Under the pieces are notes generated by a model, which did not search any database, had not been told where the DNA came from, and was given only the letters and a program-made list of their open reading frames with translations. Made by a program: the position numbers and the translations under genes. Shown here in pieces: positions 11,208 through 21,236 of a stretch of 64,000 bases of DNA (the first letter of the stretch is position 1; each line of letters begins with the position of its first letter). The DNA lies in NCBI GenBank assembly GCA_963817895.1, contig CAWFQB010000005.1, forward strand, positions 416,001 to 480,000. The letters run 5' to 3'. This DNA is from an uncultured Chthonomonadaceae bacterium. Lineage in GTDB: Bacteria; Armatimonadota; Chthonomonadetes; Chthonomonadales; Chthonomonadaceae.

Positions 11208-12689
11208 TCAGGGCGTTTCCATCTGTTCCAGGCGGCGGATGGCTGCCGGGGAGGTGTATTTGCGCTTGTAGGCGATGTAGGATAACAGCCCGAACGCGAA
11301 CGGGAGGCTGAACGCGACGCTCAACATGACATGTCCGTTTCGCGCCATTTCCGCGCCCAACTCTTTGCCTGTCGAGGCGACCGCGTGTTTAATAGCGGGA
11401 TTGGACGGCAGGTACACGACCGAAATGCTGCCCGACTGCTGCGCCTGCGCGTACTCCTGATAAGGCACGTAACTGCTGCCGTCGTAGCGCTTGCCTGCCA
11501 GAACGAGCGTATAATCAACGGAATAGCGCGGCTTGTTTCGCCCTTTTTCGCGTGTGTCGGTCACGCGGGCCATCATGGTTTGCCCCTGCGCATCAAGCAG
11601 ACGGTAGTGTTCCAGCCGTTCCCTGCCGTCCTGCAAAAACATCCAACCCAGCAGGCCGAACAGAAACCCCATTATCATGCCCACAATGGGCATTTGCCAC
11701 GCCATCGAACGCGCCTCTTTTCGCTCCATTTCGGCGTTTGCGCTTGCCTGCGCGTTGAGGGCGTCGGACGGGATGCGGGCGCGGACGAAATCCATCAGCA
11801 GGCCGTAATTGGGCAGCAGGGAACTGAACACAATGGTTTTGCCGTCGCCTTGCAGCGTGACGCGCTCCAAACCCTGTTTCACGGCGCGAACGGCGAAAAC
11901 GTGAATGTGGTCGAAAGGAATGGTGACGGTTTTCCATGGGGTTTGCCGCGTAATGGCCGTATCGGTGACGGTCCAAACCGACAGCAGAAGCGGCAGTCCC
12001 ATTGCCAGCAGGCACAGGGAACTGAATACGAAAAATCCGCTCAATCCCACAATCACGGTGTTGTCGGCTGCGGAACCTGCGGAACCTGCTGAAGTGGGTT
12101 GAAACATGGGAGCGAACCGGATAAAAGCAGCCATGAGCAGGCCAACCACAGGCATCACAATGCCCAGTGATCCGGCGGGAGAGTTGAAGGGGTGGCGGAA
12201 CGTTTGCCCCTGTCGCGCGGATTGCTGCATTCGCGCTTGCAGCGGCTGCAATCGTTCGTTCAGCGCGTCCGCCAGACTGTTGCCGCCCGCGTCCCGAAAG
12301 CCGTAACCGGTAACATGAGAGCCGAAAACCACTTTTACGCGCTGCGCCTGATTGTCCGTGAGCGTGAGCGTATTCTTTTTTTCGCTGAGTTCAAAGCGGT
12401 TCAAGTCCTGCCAGCGCAGGCGCGTTTCTCGCCCCAACCGGCGCTTTGTGATGCCGTCCTCATCCAGTTCGTAAACTACAGCGGTGTCCAGCAGTCCGAG
12501 CAGGCTGTAAACGACGGGCAGGAAGAATATGGGCAGGACAATGGCAAGACACCAGAGCGTGGTGGCATTGGCATGAACGCGCCCCGAGAGCAGGGGCAGC
12601 AGAAAGAAGAAGCCGGGGCAGCCCGCATACACGGCCATAACCCCCAACAGTTTCAATCTGGCGACAAACCGACCCGTAAACGTCTGCAT
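11208..12689 (-). CDS. Membrane protein, PH-like repeats plus DUF3592-like C-terminal domain (paralog 1)
   Basis: Starts MQTFTG; same architecture as paralog 2, sharing ER.EHYRL.D.QG.T and VVYLPSNP. Confidence 0.8.
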   Translation of the reverse strand: MQTFTGRFVARLKLLGVMAVYAGCPGFFFLLPLLSGRVHANATTLWCLAIVLPIFFLPVVYSLLGLLDTAVVYELDEDGITKRRLGRETRLRWQDLNRFELSEKKNTLTLTDNQAQRVKVVFGSHVTGYGFRDAGGNSLADALNERLQPLQARMQQSARQGQTFRHPFNSPAGSLGIVMPVVGLLMAAFIRFAPMFQPTSAGSAGSAADNTVIVGLSGFFVFSSLCLLAMGLPLLLSVWTVTDTAITRQTPWKTVTIPFDHIHVFAVRAVKQGLERVTLQGDGKTIVFSSLLPNYGLLMDFVRARIPSDALNAQASANAEMERKEARSMAWQMPIVGMIMGFLFGLLGWMFLQDGRERLEHYRLLDAQGQTMMARVTDTREKGRNKPRYSVDYTLVLAGKRYDGSSYVPYQEYAQAQQSGSISVVYLPSNPAIKHAVASTGKELGAEMARNGHVMLSVAFSLPFAFGLLSYIAYKRKYTSPAAIRRLEQMETP

Positions 12690-12772
12690 GGCTCACTCCC
12701 AACACAAAAACTTACGCGAAAATAAAGGTAAACTTAACAAACTACCAACCACCAACCACCGGAGAATAATTC

Positions 12773-14881
12773 ATGCCGCGCCCCATTGCCATAGACGATT
12801 TTATGAGACTGCGCCTTGTCAGTGATCCGCAGATTACGCCGGATGGAACGCGCGTCGCCTGCGTGGTCAAGCGCATTGAGCGCGACAAAAACAGATACGT
12901 GTCGCAGATTTGGGTTGTTCCAACGGATGCTGAACAGGATGGACAGGCAGCCGGCAGAGAAGCGCGTCCGTTTACCGGGGAGGAGAGCAGCGCGTCGCAT
13001 CCCCGCTGGTCGCCCGACGGCAAACGGCTGGCGTTTCTGTCGGATCGGCAAAAGCCGCTCAATCAGATATACGTGATGCCCTCAGATGGCGGCGAAGCGC
13101 GGGCGTTGACGCATCTGGAAGCGGAGGGGAGTATCGGCGGCTTTCGCTGGTCGCCGGATGGCAGCAAAATCGCGTTCACGTTCCGGGCAACCCCGCAAGC
13201 GTATCGGAAAGACGTTGTAGAGGAACGGAAGAAGAAAGAATTATCGTCACCTGTTCGGCATCACGACCGCCTGTTTTACCGGCTGGACGGTATGGGGTAC
13301 TGGGATGGCGAGTATTTTCAGGTTTGGGTGGCGGACGCGAAAACGGGTGACGCGAAACAACTGACAGACGGCTCGTACAATTGCGCCCTGCCCACATGGT
13401 CGCCGGACAGTCGGACGCTGGCGTTTCTATGTGACCGCCGCGAGGATGGCGATATTGCGCCCGCGCAAAATGACATCTGGACAATCGCGGCTGCGGACGT
13501 GTTTGCGGCAGGGGAGGGCGTGAAGGCCGAGTCAGACAGCGCGATGCAAGAGAAAAGTGAAAACTCTTTGACGCGCATCGCTTCGCCACCCGGCGCAAAG
13601 GAGTCGCTGGCATGGTCGCCGGATGGCAAATCTTTCGCGTATGTCGGGCTTGCCGATCCGCTGGATACGTGGCACTCCTCGAACGAGCGCGTGTTCGTCC
13701 TGCCCGCAACGGGAAGCGATACGGCGCGTGACTTGACCGGGCATACCGACTGGTCTGTCGGCTATCTGAACACTGCCGACTCGCATGAGGTCGGGGCAGG
13801 CGATATGGCACAATGGCTGCCGGACAGCGATAGTCTTTTCGTGCCGATGAGTTCTGACGGGGATATTGTTGTGTTTAGCGTGGGCTTAAATGTGATGCAG
13901 TCCGGCACAGTGACTTCCCTGTTCGGAGAAATCGGCGGCTTCAGCATATCGAATGACGGCGGAATCATTGCCTGCACACACGGCAATTCTAACGAGCCAC
14001 ATGCGCTGTATATTGCCAAACACAGACGATATGCGGGGGTAGTCACACTGGAAAAATGCGCGTCTTTCAACGACGATCTTCTTGCTGAAGTTCAGGTTGC
14101 CGCGCCGGAACCGATTGATGTGGACAACGGCAGCGGCGGGAAAGTTCCCGGCTGGCTGCTGAAGCCTGCGGACATGCAGCCCGGAGAGAAATATCCGCTT
14201 GTCGTGTATGTGCATGGCGGGCCGCATTTGCAGTACGGCAACACGTTTCATCACGAACTGCAATGGCTGGCGGCGCAGGGGTATGTCGTGCTGTACACCA
14301 ATCCGCGCGGCAGCAAAGGGTACGGGGAAGCGCATACGAAAGCCATTGCGGGTAACTGGGGGAGCGTAGATTACGACGATGTGATGGCCGCGACGGATTG
14401 GGCATGTGGTTTGGAATTTGTAGACGCGAGTCGAACCGCGATTATGGGCGGCTCGTATGGCGGCTACATGACGGCGTGGGCTATCGGGCATACCAATCGG
14501 TTCCAATGCGCCATTGCCGACCGACTGGTTGCCAACCTGCATAGCATGAGCGGAACCTGTGATTTTCCGTGGCGTCCCGACCATCCGTTCAAGGGTGACG
14601 GCTGGAACAATCCCGCGCAGTTATGGAAGTGTTCGCCGCTCGCGTATGCGGGCAATATAACGACGCCCCTGCTGCTCATCCACTACGACGGCGACCTGCG
14701 CTGCCCATCCGAACAGGCGGATCAACTGTTTTCCGCCCTCCGGCATCAGCGCAAGGTTGTGGAATACGTCCGCTATCCGGCAGAAGCCTCGCACGGCCTG
14801 TCGCGCTCCGGCCCACCCGACCTGCGGCTGGACCGTTTGCAGCGCAACCTGGATTGGCTGAACCGCTGGCTAAAAGCGTGA
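12773..14881 (+). CDS. S9-family peptidase (acylaminoacyl/dipeptidyl peptidase) with beta-propeller
   Basis: Repeated WSPDG motifs; VHGGP, NPRGS, nucleophile GGSYGG, catalytic D (DLRC) and H (ASHG). Confidence 0.93.
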   Translation: MPRPIAIDDFMRLRLVSDPQITPDGTRVACVVKRIERDKNRYVSQIWVVPTDAEQDGQAAGREARPFTGEESSASHPRWSPDGKRLAFLSDRQKPLNQIYVMPSDGGEARALTHLEAEGSIGGFRWSPDGSKIAFTFRATPQAYRKDVVEERKKKELSSPVRHHDRLFYRLDGMGYWDGEYFQVWVADAKTGDAKQLTDGSYNCALPTWSPDSRTLAFLCDRREDGDIAPAQNDIWTIAAADVFAAGEGVKAESDSAMQEKSENSLTRIASPPGAKESLAWSPDGKSFAYVGLADPLDTWHSSNERVFVLPATGSDTARDLTGHTDWSVGYLNTADSHEVGAGDMAQWLPDSDSLFVPMSSDGDIVVFSVGLNVMQSGTVTSLFGEIGGFSISNDGGIIACTHGNSNEPHALYIAKHRRYAGVVTLEKCASFNDDLLAEVQVAAPEPIDVDNGSGGKVPGWLLKPADMQPGEKYPLVVYVHGGPHLQYGNTFHHELQWLAAQGYVVLYTNPRGSKGYGEAHTKAIAGNWGSVDYDDVMAATDWACGLEFVDASRTAIMGGSYGGYMTAWAIGHTNRFQCAIADRLVANLHSMSGTCDFPWRPDHPFKGDGWNNPAQLWKCSPLAYAGNITTPLLLIHYDGDLRCPSEQADQLFSALRHQRKVVEYVRYPAEASHGLSRSGPPDLRLDRLQRNLDWLNRWLKA

Positions 14882-14996
14882 GTCGGGAAGGGCCGGGGAT
14901 TTTCAATCCCCGGTAAATTGTAAATTCGTAAAAATGCCGGGAAGTGTGGAATACTAAAAGGGAACGCTTACATTGAACTTTGTTTGGGAGCTATAC

Positions 14997-17438
14997 ATGA
15001 CCGTATCTTTCGTTAAGTTTCGCTTTTCTCGCATCCCCCGACAGGCGGCTGTTGGCGGATTGCTTTCCCTTTTGAGTATTGTACCGGTTTCTTCTCAGGC
15101 GGCGGAAAAAGGCAAGCGACCGCCTACGCTGGACCCAACGTATGGCCTGCGCGTTCCTAAAACCGCGCCTGCCAGCGCCTTTGACCCGAAAACGGACGCG
15201 CATTGGATATGGGCGGAGCGTACCGCCAGTGAGCAGACAGTGGGGCTGCGGGGCGCGTTCACGCTTGCGCAACCGCCGCATACGGTTACGCTGTATGTGA
15301 CGGCAGACGACTTTTTCACCTGCTATGTCAACGGCAAGCAGGTGGAGCAATCGGTTCCCAATCCGCAGGATACGTTCGTGTGGAAGCATGTGCATCGGCA
15401 GAACATCGCCCGCTATTTGCAGCCCGGTAAAAACGTGATCGCTCTCAAAGCCCTGAACAATACGGGGCTGGCGGGCGCAATCGCACGGGTGGAAGCGGAT
15501 GGCAAGCCCCTGTTGCTGACAGACGGCAGTTGGCGGGTATTCGACGGCCAGAACCTGCCCGCGAACTGGACAAACGCGGACTTTGCTGATGGCGCGTGGC
15601 AAACCGCGCATGTCGTGACCGACCTGATTGGCGATCCCTGGGCAAGCGCGGGCGGATTGGAGGGTTGGCCGGGGTACGACGTCACCGCCCCGTATATGGC
15701 GCACATTACGCTGGATCCCGCTGCCAATCTGGACGCGAAAAGCGGTAAAGGGAAACTGGAAGCCACAGGCCCGGGCGTGTTTACAACAACGTTTGCGGGA
15801 AATGACCCGCTGAACGCGCCCTCCATTGTCGTGGATTTCGGCAAGGAGATCGCGGGGCGCGTGGAAATCACCGCCACCACCGGGAGCGGCATCGTGGTTG
15901 TAGGTACGGGCGAATCAAAAGAAGAGGCCGTGAAATCGCCCTGGGGCGGCGCGCATAAATTGGAATTGACGGACGGCAAAGCCGCGTACACGCCGTACAG
16001 CGCGTTCCGCTACGCCAAAATAACGTTCCTTCCGCCCGCTGAAAGCGCGACTGCGGACAAAACCGCGTCTGTTGTCGTGAAATTGGATCACAAATACTAT
16101 CCCGTCGAGTATAAGGGCGCGTTCGATTGTTCCGACCCGCTATTGACGCGCATCTGGTACACAGGCGCGTATACGAGCCATTTGTGTATGCAGGAGGACA
16201 TCTGGGACGCGCCCAAACGGGACCGGGCAAGATGGATGGGCGACCTGCACGTTTCCGGCGCAGTCATCAATCTGGCGTTTGCCGACCGCTTTTTGATGGA
16301 ACAGACCATGCAGAAATTGCGGGACGAGGCGCAGGGGGGCGCGTCGTCGGGCGACCTGCCCAAACAGCACGTCAACGGCATCCCCGGCTACTCGTGCGCG
16401 TGGATATGCGGGCTGGCGGATTTTCACCGGCACATTGGCGACTACGATTATCTCAATCGGCAGCATAAAGCGCTGATTGGAATGCTGGACTACTTCAAGG
16501 GCGTCCCCAACGCTTCCGGCGTGGGCAGCGATGGCGGCGAAATGGACGGCAGGGGACTGTTCGCCAACAACCGGAAAGCCTGGCCGTTCGTGGATTGGGC
16601 GCCGGATTTCAATGGCGACACGCCCCGCGCCCGCGTCGCCACGCACCTGTTTCTTGTCCGCGCGGCGCGGGACGCTGTATTCCTGCTGTACGAGATGGGC
16701 GACGAGGCGAACGCCAGACGGTACGCGAAATGGGCGGATGATCTGGCGGACGCGGCGCAGCGGTATCTGTTCGATATAAAAACGCGTCTTGTCAGCGACC
16801 GCCGACAGGACAACGCGATGGCGATTTATGCGGGGGTTGCCGATAAGGAGCAGACGCAGGCCATCTATGACAACATCCTCAAGCCCGACAGCGCGGCATG
16901 GAAGCAGATCGCTACGCCGTATTACAACAACTACATCATCTACGCGATGAGCATGGCGGGGCATACAAGCGAGACGCTGGGCGTCCTGCGCAACTACTGG
17001 GGCGGGATGCTCAACGAGGGCGCGACAAGCTGGTGGGAAGCCTACGATCCCTCCTGGGAAAAGCAGGATTTCCACGCGCATTTAGAGGCCGATAACGGAA
17101 CGGGTTACTTCGTCAGTCTGGCGCATGGCTGGTCTGCCGGCCCGACAAGCTGGCTGACGGAGCGCGTATTGGGCGTTCGCCCGACCGGCGGCGGCTTCAA
17201 AACGCTGGATGTGGCCCCGGAACTGGGCGACCTGGCCTGGGCGGAGGGCGACGTGCCGACCCCGCGCGGAACGCTGCATGTGCGCGTGGAAAAGCAGACA
17301 TTCGGCCTGAAACTCAGCGCCAACGTGCCTGCGGGCAGCCGCGCCACCCTGTCCGTTCCCGGCAAAACCGTCTTCGTGTCCGGCCCGAAAACCGTCACCG
17401 TCTCGTCCCCCAACAGGCCGCTTCCCAAACCGCTGTAG
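14997..17438 (+). CDS. Secreted alpha-L-rhamnosidase (GH78)
   Basis: Signal peptide; VDFGKEIAG, DAPKRDRARWMGD, EGATSWWE, SLAHGWSAGP, VPTPRG. Confidence 0.88.
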   Translation: MTVSFVKFRFSRIPRQAAVGGLLSLLSIVPVSSQAAEKGKRPPTLDPTYGLRVPKTAPASAFDPKTDAHWIWAERTASEQTVGLRGAFTLAQPPHTVTLYVTADDFFTCYVNGKQVEQSVPNPQDTFVWKHVHRQNIARYLQPGKNVIALKALNNTGLAGAIARVEADGKPLLLTDGSWRVFDGQNLPANWTNADFADGAWQTAHVVTDLIGDPWASAGGLEGWPGYDVTAPYMAHITLDPAANLDAKSGKGKLEATGPGVFTTTFAGNDPLNAPSIVVDFGKEIAGRVEITATTGSGIVVVGTGESKEEAVKSPWGGAHKLELTDGKAAYTPYSAFRYAKITFLPPAESATADKTASVVVKLDHKYYPVEYKGAFDCSDPLLTRIWYTGAYTSHLCMQEDIWDAPKRDRARWMGDLHVSGAVINLAFADRFLMEQTMQKLRDEAQGGASSGDLPKQHVNGIPGYSCAWICGLADFHRHIGDYDYLNRQHKALIGMLDYFKGVPNASGVGSDGGEMDGRGLFANNRKAWPFVDWAPDFNGDTPRARVATHLFLVRAARDAVFLLYEMGDEANARRYAKWADDLADAAQRYLFDIKTRLVSDRRQDNAMAIYAGVADKEQTQAIYDNILKPDSAAWKQIATPYYNNYIIYAMSMAGHTSETLGVLRNYWGGMLNEGATSWWEAYDPSWEKQDFHAHLEADNGTGYFVSLAHGWSAGPTSWLTERVLGVRPTGGGFKTLDVAPELGDLAWAEGDVPTPRGTLHVRVEKQTFGLKLSANVPAGSRATLSVPGKTVFVSGPKTVTVSSPNRPLPKPL

Positions 17439-17748
17439 CCCTCAATGGATGGTGTCCACTGATGGATTAACCCCTTCTCTCACAAAACGCATTTTAAAAG
17501 TAAAGCAGAAGTACGTTTTGTGAGAGAAGCGCTCTGAGAGGCATATCGTTCTCGCGAGATAGATCAAAACAGCAACACGCAGGGCGTGATGAAGGTTTTG
17601 ACTGTTGCTGTTTTGCTTGTATACTCGTGATTTCTCAGCGCATACCAAAAACATTTCCAAACCGTTGCTTATCCTGACGTTTTTGCAACGGTCACTTGTT
17701 ATACTTCCTTCAGCGCTATGAGCGTGGATTATGAGAAGGAGGTTTGTC

Positions 17749-18045
17749 GTGTTCAACCGTCATCGCAATCTGTTGTTTGTTCTAATTGTGTGGGGCTTTT
17801 TGTGTAGTACCCTTGTAGGATGCAATTCCAGTTCTCCTGGTTCTGGAGCCTCTACCTACCCGGCGGCCACTGGCAATACCTACGATAGCTCCACGGAAGC
17901 AAGAATGGAGTCTTTGCGTCAGGGACAACGTGAGATTGAGGCGGAACACAGGAGAAAGATGGCAGAAATAGACGCGGCAGAAGCGGCGGCTAGAGCGCGA
18001 GACAGAGAAAGGCAAGCAGACAGCTACCGGAATGGATTTCGGTAA
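17749..18045 (+). CDS. Small putative lipoprotein in an AT-richer segment
   Basis: AGGAGG RBS before GTG 17749; hydrophobic stretch and lipobox LVG-C; Ser-rich linker and coiled-coil tail. Confidence 0.6.
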   Translation: MFNRHRNLLFVLIVWGFLCSTLVGCNSSSPGSGASTYPAATGNTYDSSTEARMESLRQGQREIEAEHRRKMAEIDAAEAAARARDRERQADSYRNGFR

Positions 18046-18299
18046 ACCTGTGTTCGCCGATTGTGCGCTGTGGCTATTTCGCTGTTTAGGTTTGTTTTCG
18101 AGGCCTGTCTTTTGTTTTCGCAGAAGGCAGGCCGTACTATCATGTTTCTTTGAACATGCAGAGAATGAGTTCTAATACCGTTCAAGGGCCGCGAGTTGAA
18201 ACTCACGGCCCTTGCTTGCGCAGCATTAGCGGCAGCGTGGTATAATTACAATTGTTTCAACATACGTTCGCAGCGCAATCCAGAAGCAGGAGTAAGTTG

Positions 18300-18701
18300 A
18301 TGAGCGACATGGAACAATGGCAACTGATACCTGAGTCGGGGTGCGACGATCAGGACGATTACGCGGATGATGAGCAGATACGGCGCGACATAGCCGGATG
18401 GGAACAGGAATATGCCGCCTGGGAACGCAACGAGATGCCTCTTCGCGCAACCATGTTCACGGAAAGTGGGCAGCGACTCGAACTGGAAATGATGACGCGG
18501 GTACAGCATGATACGCGCCTGGCGGAACTCAAGGCCGGTAACTCTGCCGGGGACGCCTCCGAAGCGGTTACGTTGCTGGCGCAACTGCTGACGTGGACGG
18601 GACGCGCCGCCATGACGCCTGACGAAACAGAACAGGTGCAAAACTTGCGCCGCCGCGCCGAAACGCTGCTACAGCAGGCGGGCGTTCTCGAACTCGCGTA
18701 A
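18300..18701 (+). CDS. Hypothetical acidic helical protein, first gene of the signalling operon
   Basis: AGGAG RBS then ATG 18300; ends 27 bp before the kinase start. Confidence 0.65.
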   Translation: MSDMEQWQLIPESGCDDQDDYADDEQIRRDIAGWEQEYAAWERNEMPLRATMFTESGQRLELEMMTRVQHDTRLAELKAGNSAGDASEAVTLLAQLLTWTGRAAMTPDETEQVQNLRRRAETLLQQAGVLELA

Positions 18702-18728
18702 ACCGCAGCCGGAGATGTTTTCGGGAGG

Positions 18729-20306
18729 ATGCTTATGTCTATCGCTCATTTTCTCCCCGGGTTTGCCGTGATTACCTGTCTCGAACTGGCCGTTATCTTC
18801 TTCCTGCTTTACCGGTATGTGGATGCCGAAAAGTCCAACGCGATCTTCAGTTTGCTGTGCCTGTGTTTCGCCTGCATGATCTGGAGCACCTACGAGTTGG
18901 TTCATGCGGAAAGCGTGACTTTCCGGCTGCTAATGGTTCGGTTTCACCTGACAACCGCGACTTTCGGCCTGCTGATGTATCGGATTCAACTGATGAGCGG
19001 GATTTTCGCCGCTGCCGCATCGGTCCACTTTGCGCGGCTTATCACGCAAGCCGCCCCTATTTCCACTGTGCCTTCAGCCTCACCCCTTCCACAACGCTTT
19101 GCGGCGCGATGGCGCGCGCTGACAGCCGTTCTCGCGCTCTGCCCCTGGCATCCCTTCGTGCTGCATCGCCTGTACAAATATGCGCCTGTGGATGATTACG
19201 ATTCGGCAATGGCCGGCCCGTGGTTCCGCCACTACATTCTTGTTATATTTTCAGGGTCCCTTTATGCGTGTGGCCTCTTCATTGTCGCCTGGAAACAAAA
19301 CAGGAAGAATAAGAGGACGGCTATAGAGGTTGTGGAGGAGGGTTATCGCGTATTCGCCAGTCAGACTTTGTGGCTGGTGTTCAGTTTTGGATTGATCCTG
19401 CTGGCAAGCGTTATAGAATTCATTCAGGCGGTGGAGGGTCCCAAAAACACCTGGTATTTCCCCGTATTTCCGCGCGCGTGGGCAATCCTGGTCTTTTGTT
19501 TTACCACCGCGTACAGCCTGGCAAAGCAGATTGTGGTGAACGAGCGGCGCAAAGCGCAGATCAGAGCGGTTGCCGAAACGCGCCTGGAAGCCACGCGGCA
19601 TATCCAGCATCAGGTGCGAAACGCGCTGGCGCAAATTCAACGGCCGTTGCACACCGTTCTGGAGCAATCGCCGGTCGAACCTTCGGAAGCGGGGCAGGCC
19701 GCAAACCGGCAGCGCGTGATACGCGCAACGGCAGCCATTGAGGAACTACAGCACACGCTGGATGTCGCGCTCAATCTGGCCCGCGTGGAGGTGGGCGAAC
19801 CGGTCAAATTGGGCGCGAAAACTTCGGTTCCGATTGCGAATTGGGTGGAAATGTTGTGCCGCGCCCGGCTCGGTTTGGAGGACGCGGCTTCCCCTTCGCT
19901 CGCCCAAATTCTGCAATTGAAGTTCCATGCCGATCTGTCTGTCGTGGACGTGTATGTGTATGCGGACGCGCTGCGGGAAGTGTTCGCGGTTCTGCTGGAC
20001 AACGCCTGCAAGTACGCCCCGAAAGGCAGCCTGCTCACCGTTCAGGTCTGGAACACTCCCGACCGGCTCTGCTTTTGCGTGGCCGATCAGGGCTGTGGCG
20101 TCCGCCCCGAAGATAAAGAGCGCATTTTCGAGTTGTACAGGGGACGGCAGCCTGCTGTGGGGCATATTGCGGGTACGGGCATCGGCCTGACGCTGGCAAA
20201 ACGTTACATCGAGGCGCAGGGCGGCGGCATCCGCGTTGAAAGCGAAGGCGACGGACAGGGCAGCGCGTTTTATTTCCATATCCCTCTGGAAAAGGATGAA
20301 GGATGA
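18729..20306 (+). CDS. Multi-TM sensor histidine kinase
   Basis: About 7 hydrophobic segments; H-box IQHQVRNAL, N-box LLDNACKY, G1 DQGCG, G2 GTGIGL. Confidence 0.9.
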   Translation: MLMSIAHFLPGFAVITCLELAVIFFLLYRYVDAEKSNAIFSLLCLCFACMIWSTYELVHAESVTFRLLMVRFHLTTATFGLLMYRIQLMSGIFAAAASVHFARLITQAAPISTVPSASPLPQRFAARWRALTAVLALCPWHPFVLHRLYKYAPVDDYDSAMAGPWFRHYILVIFSGSLYACGLFIVAWKQNRKNKRTAIEVVEEGYRVFASQTLWLVFSFGLILLASVIEFIQAVEGPKNTWYFPVFPRAWAILVFCFTTAYSLAKQIVVNERRKAQIRAVAETRLEATRHIQHQVRNALAQIQRPLHTVLEQSPVEPSEAGQAANRQRVIRATAAIEELQHTLDVALNLARVEVGEPVKLGAKTSVPIANWVEMLCRARLGLEDAASPSLAQILQLKFHADLSVVDVYVYADALREVFAVLLDNACKYAPKGSLLTVQVWNTPDRLCFCVADQGCGVRPEDKERIFELYRGRQPAVGHIAGTGIGLTLAKRYIEAQGGGIRVESEGDGQGSAFYFHIPLEKDEG

Positions 20307-20530
20307 AGGGATTTTCGATTTTCGATTTTCGATTGTGTCTCCTCTTCTCGTATCTCGTATCTCGTATCTCCTATCTCTCCTCTAATTCTCGTAACGTATA
20401 CAGGTGTTTAGCAACCAAAATGTAGCCTGTACAGAACTCCGCTTTTGTTGTATCCTGCATCTATAGTTTTCAGGGATAACGCGCCTCCGTTATTTAAGGT
20501 GGCGTGACATTCATCCTTCATCCTTCATCC
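20294..20530. repeat. Nested heptamer arrays between kinase and response regulator
   Basis: (GGATGAA)2 containing the kinase stop, (GATTTTC)3, (TCTCGTA)3, then (TTCATCC)3 just before the regulator RBS. Confidence 0.85.
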
Positions 20531-20549
20531 TTTGCCAAAGGGGTTCGCT

Positions 20550-21209
20550 ATGTCCGTGATTCGCGTTGTGGTTGCAGACGACCGGAAAGCCCTTGTGGAA
20601 GAGGTTGTTGACGGCCTGTGTCCCGTAAGTGATATTGACATCGTTGCTGTCGCTTATAACGGCATGGAAGCCATCGAAGCGGCGCAACGAGTACGCCCGG
20701 ATGTCGTTCTGATGGATTTGGACATGCCGGGTATGAGTGGCATTGAGGCCACGCGGCATATTCGGCGGGAAATGCCGGAATGTGAGGTGCTGGTCTGGAC
20801 AGTGATGGATGACAGCCGCAGTCTGTTCGAGGCGTACAAAGCGGGAGCCAAAGGGTATCTGTTCAAGGACGCCGCGAACGCCGAAATCGCGGAAGGAATT
20901 CGCATGACGGCGCGGGGCGAGGCCACGATTCCGCCGGGGTTGGTAACGGCGATGCGTGACGCTTTCGAGCGCATTGCCAACCAGCAGGCGGCGTTGCGCC
21001 AATTGTACAGCGTTCTGACCATGCGCGAAGTGGAGGTTCTGGCGCGCATCGGGCAGGGCGAGAAAAACCGCCAGATCGCGCAGCGCCTGTTTATCACCGA
21101 GGAGGGCGTGAAAAAGCATGTCCGCGCCATTCTGGACAAACTGCAAGTGAACAACCGCATTGAAGCCGCGTTAGTCGCGCAAAAAAGCGGCCTGCTGGAT
21201 CAACGCTGA
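20550..21209 (+). CDS. NarL/LuxR-family response regulator
   Basis: VVVADD, LMDLDMP, GAKGYLFK; HTH LTMREVEVL...KNRQIAQRLFITE..VKKHV. Confidence 0.95.
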   Translation: MSVIRVVVADDRKALVEEVVDGLCPVSDIDIVAVAYNGMEAIEAAQRVRPDVVLMDLDMPGMSGIEATRHIRREMPECEVLVWTVMDDSRSLFEAYKAGAKGYLFKDAANAEIAEGIRMTARGEATIPPGLVTAMRDAFERIANQQAALRQLYSVLTMREVEVLARIGQGEKNRQIAQRLFITEEGVKKHVRAILDKLQVNNRIEAALVAQKSGLLDQR

Positions 21210-21236
21210 CAGCGCGAACCGGGAGCGAGACGCACG

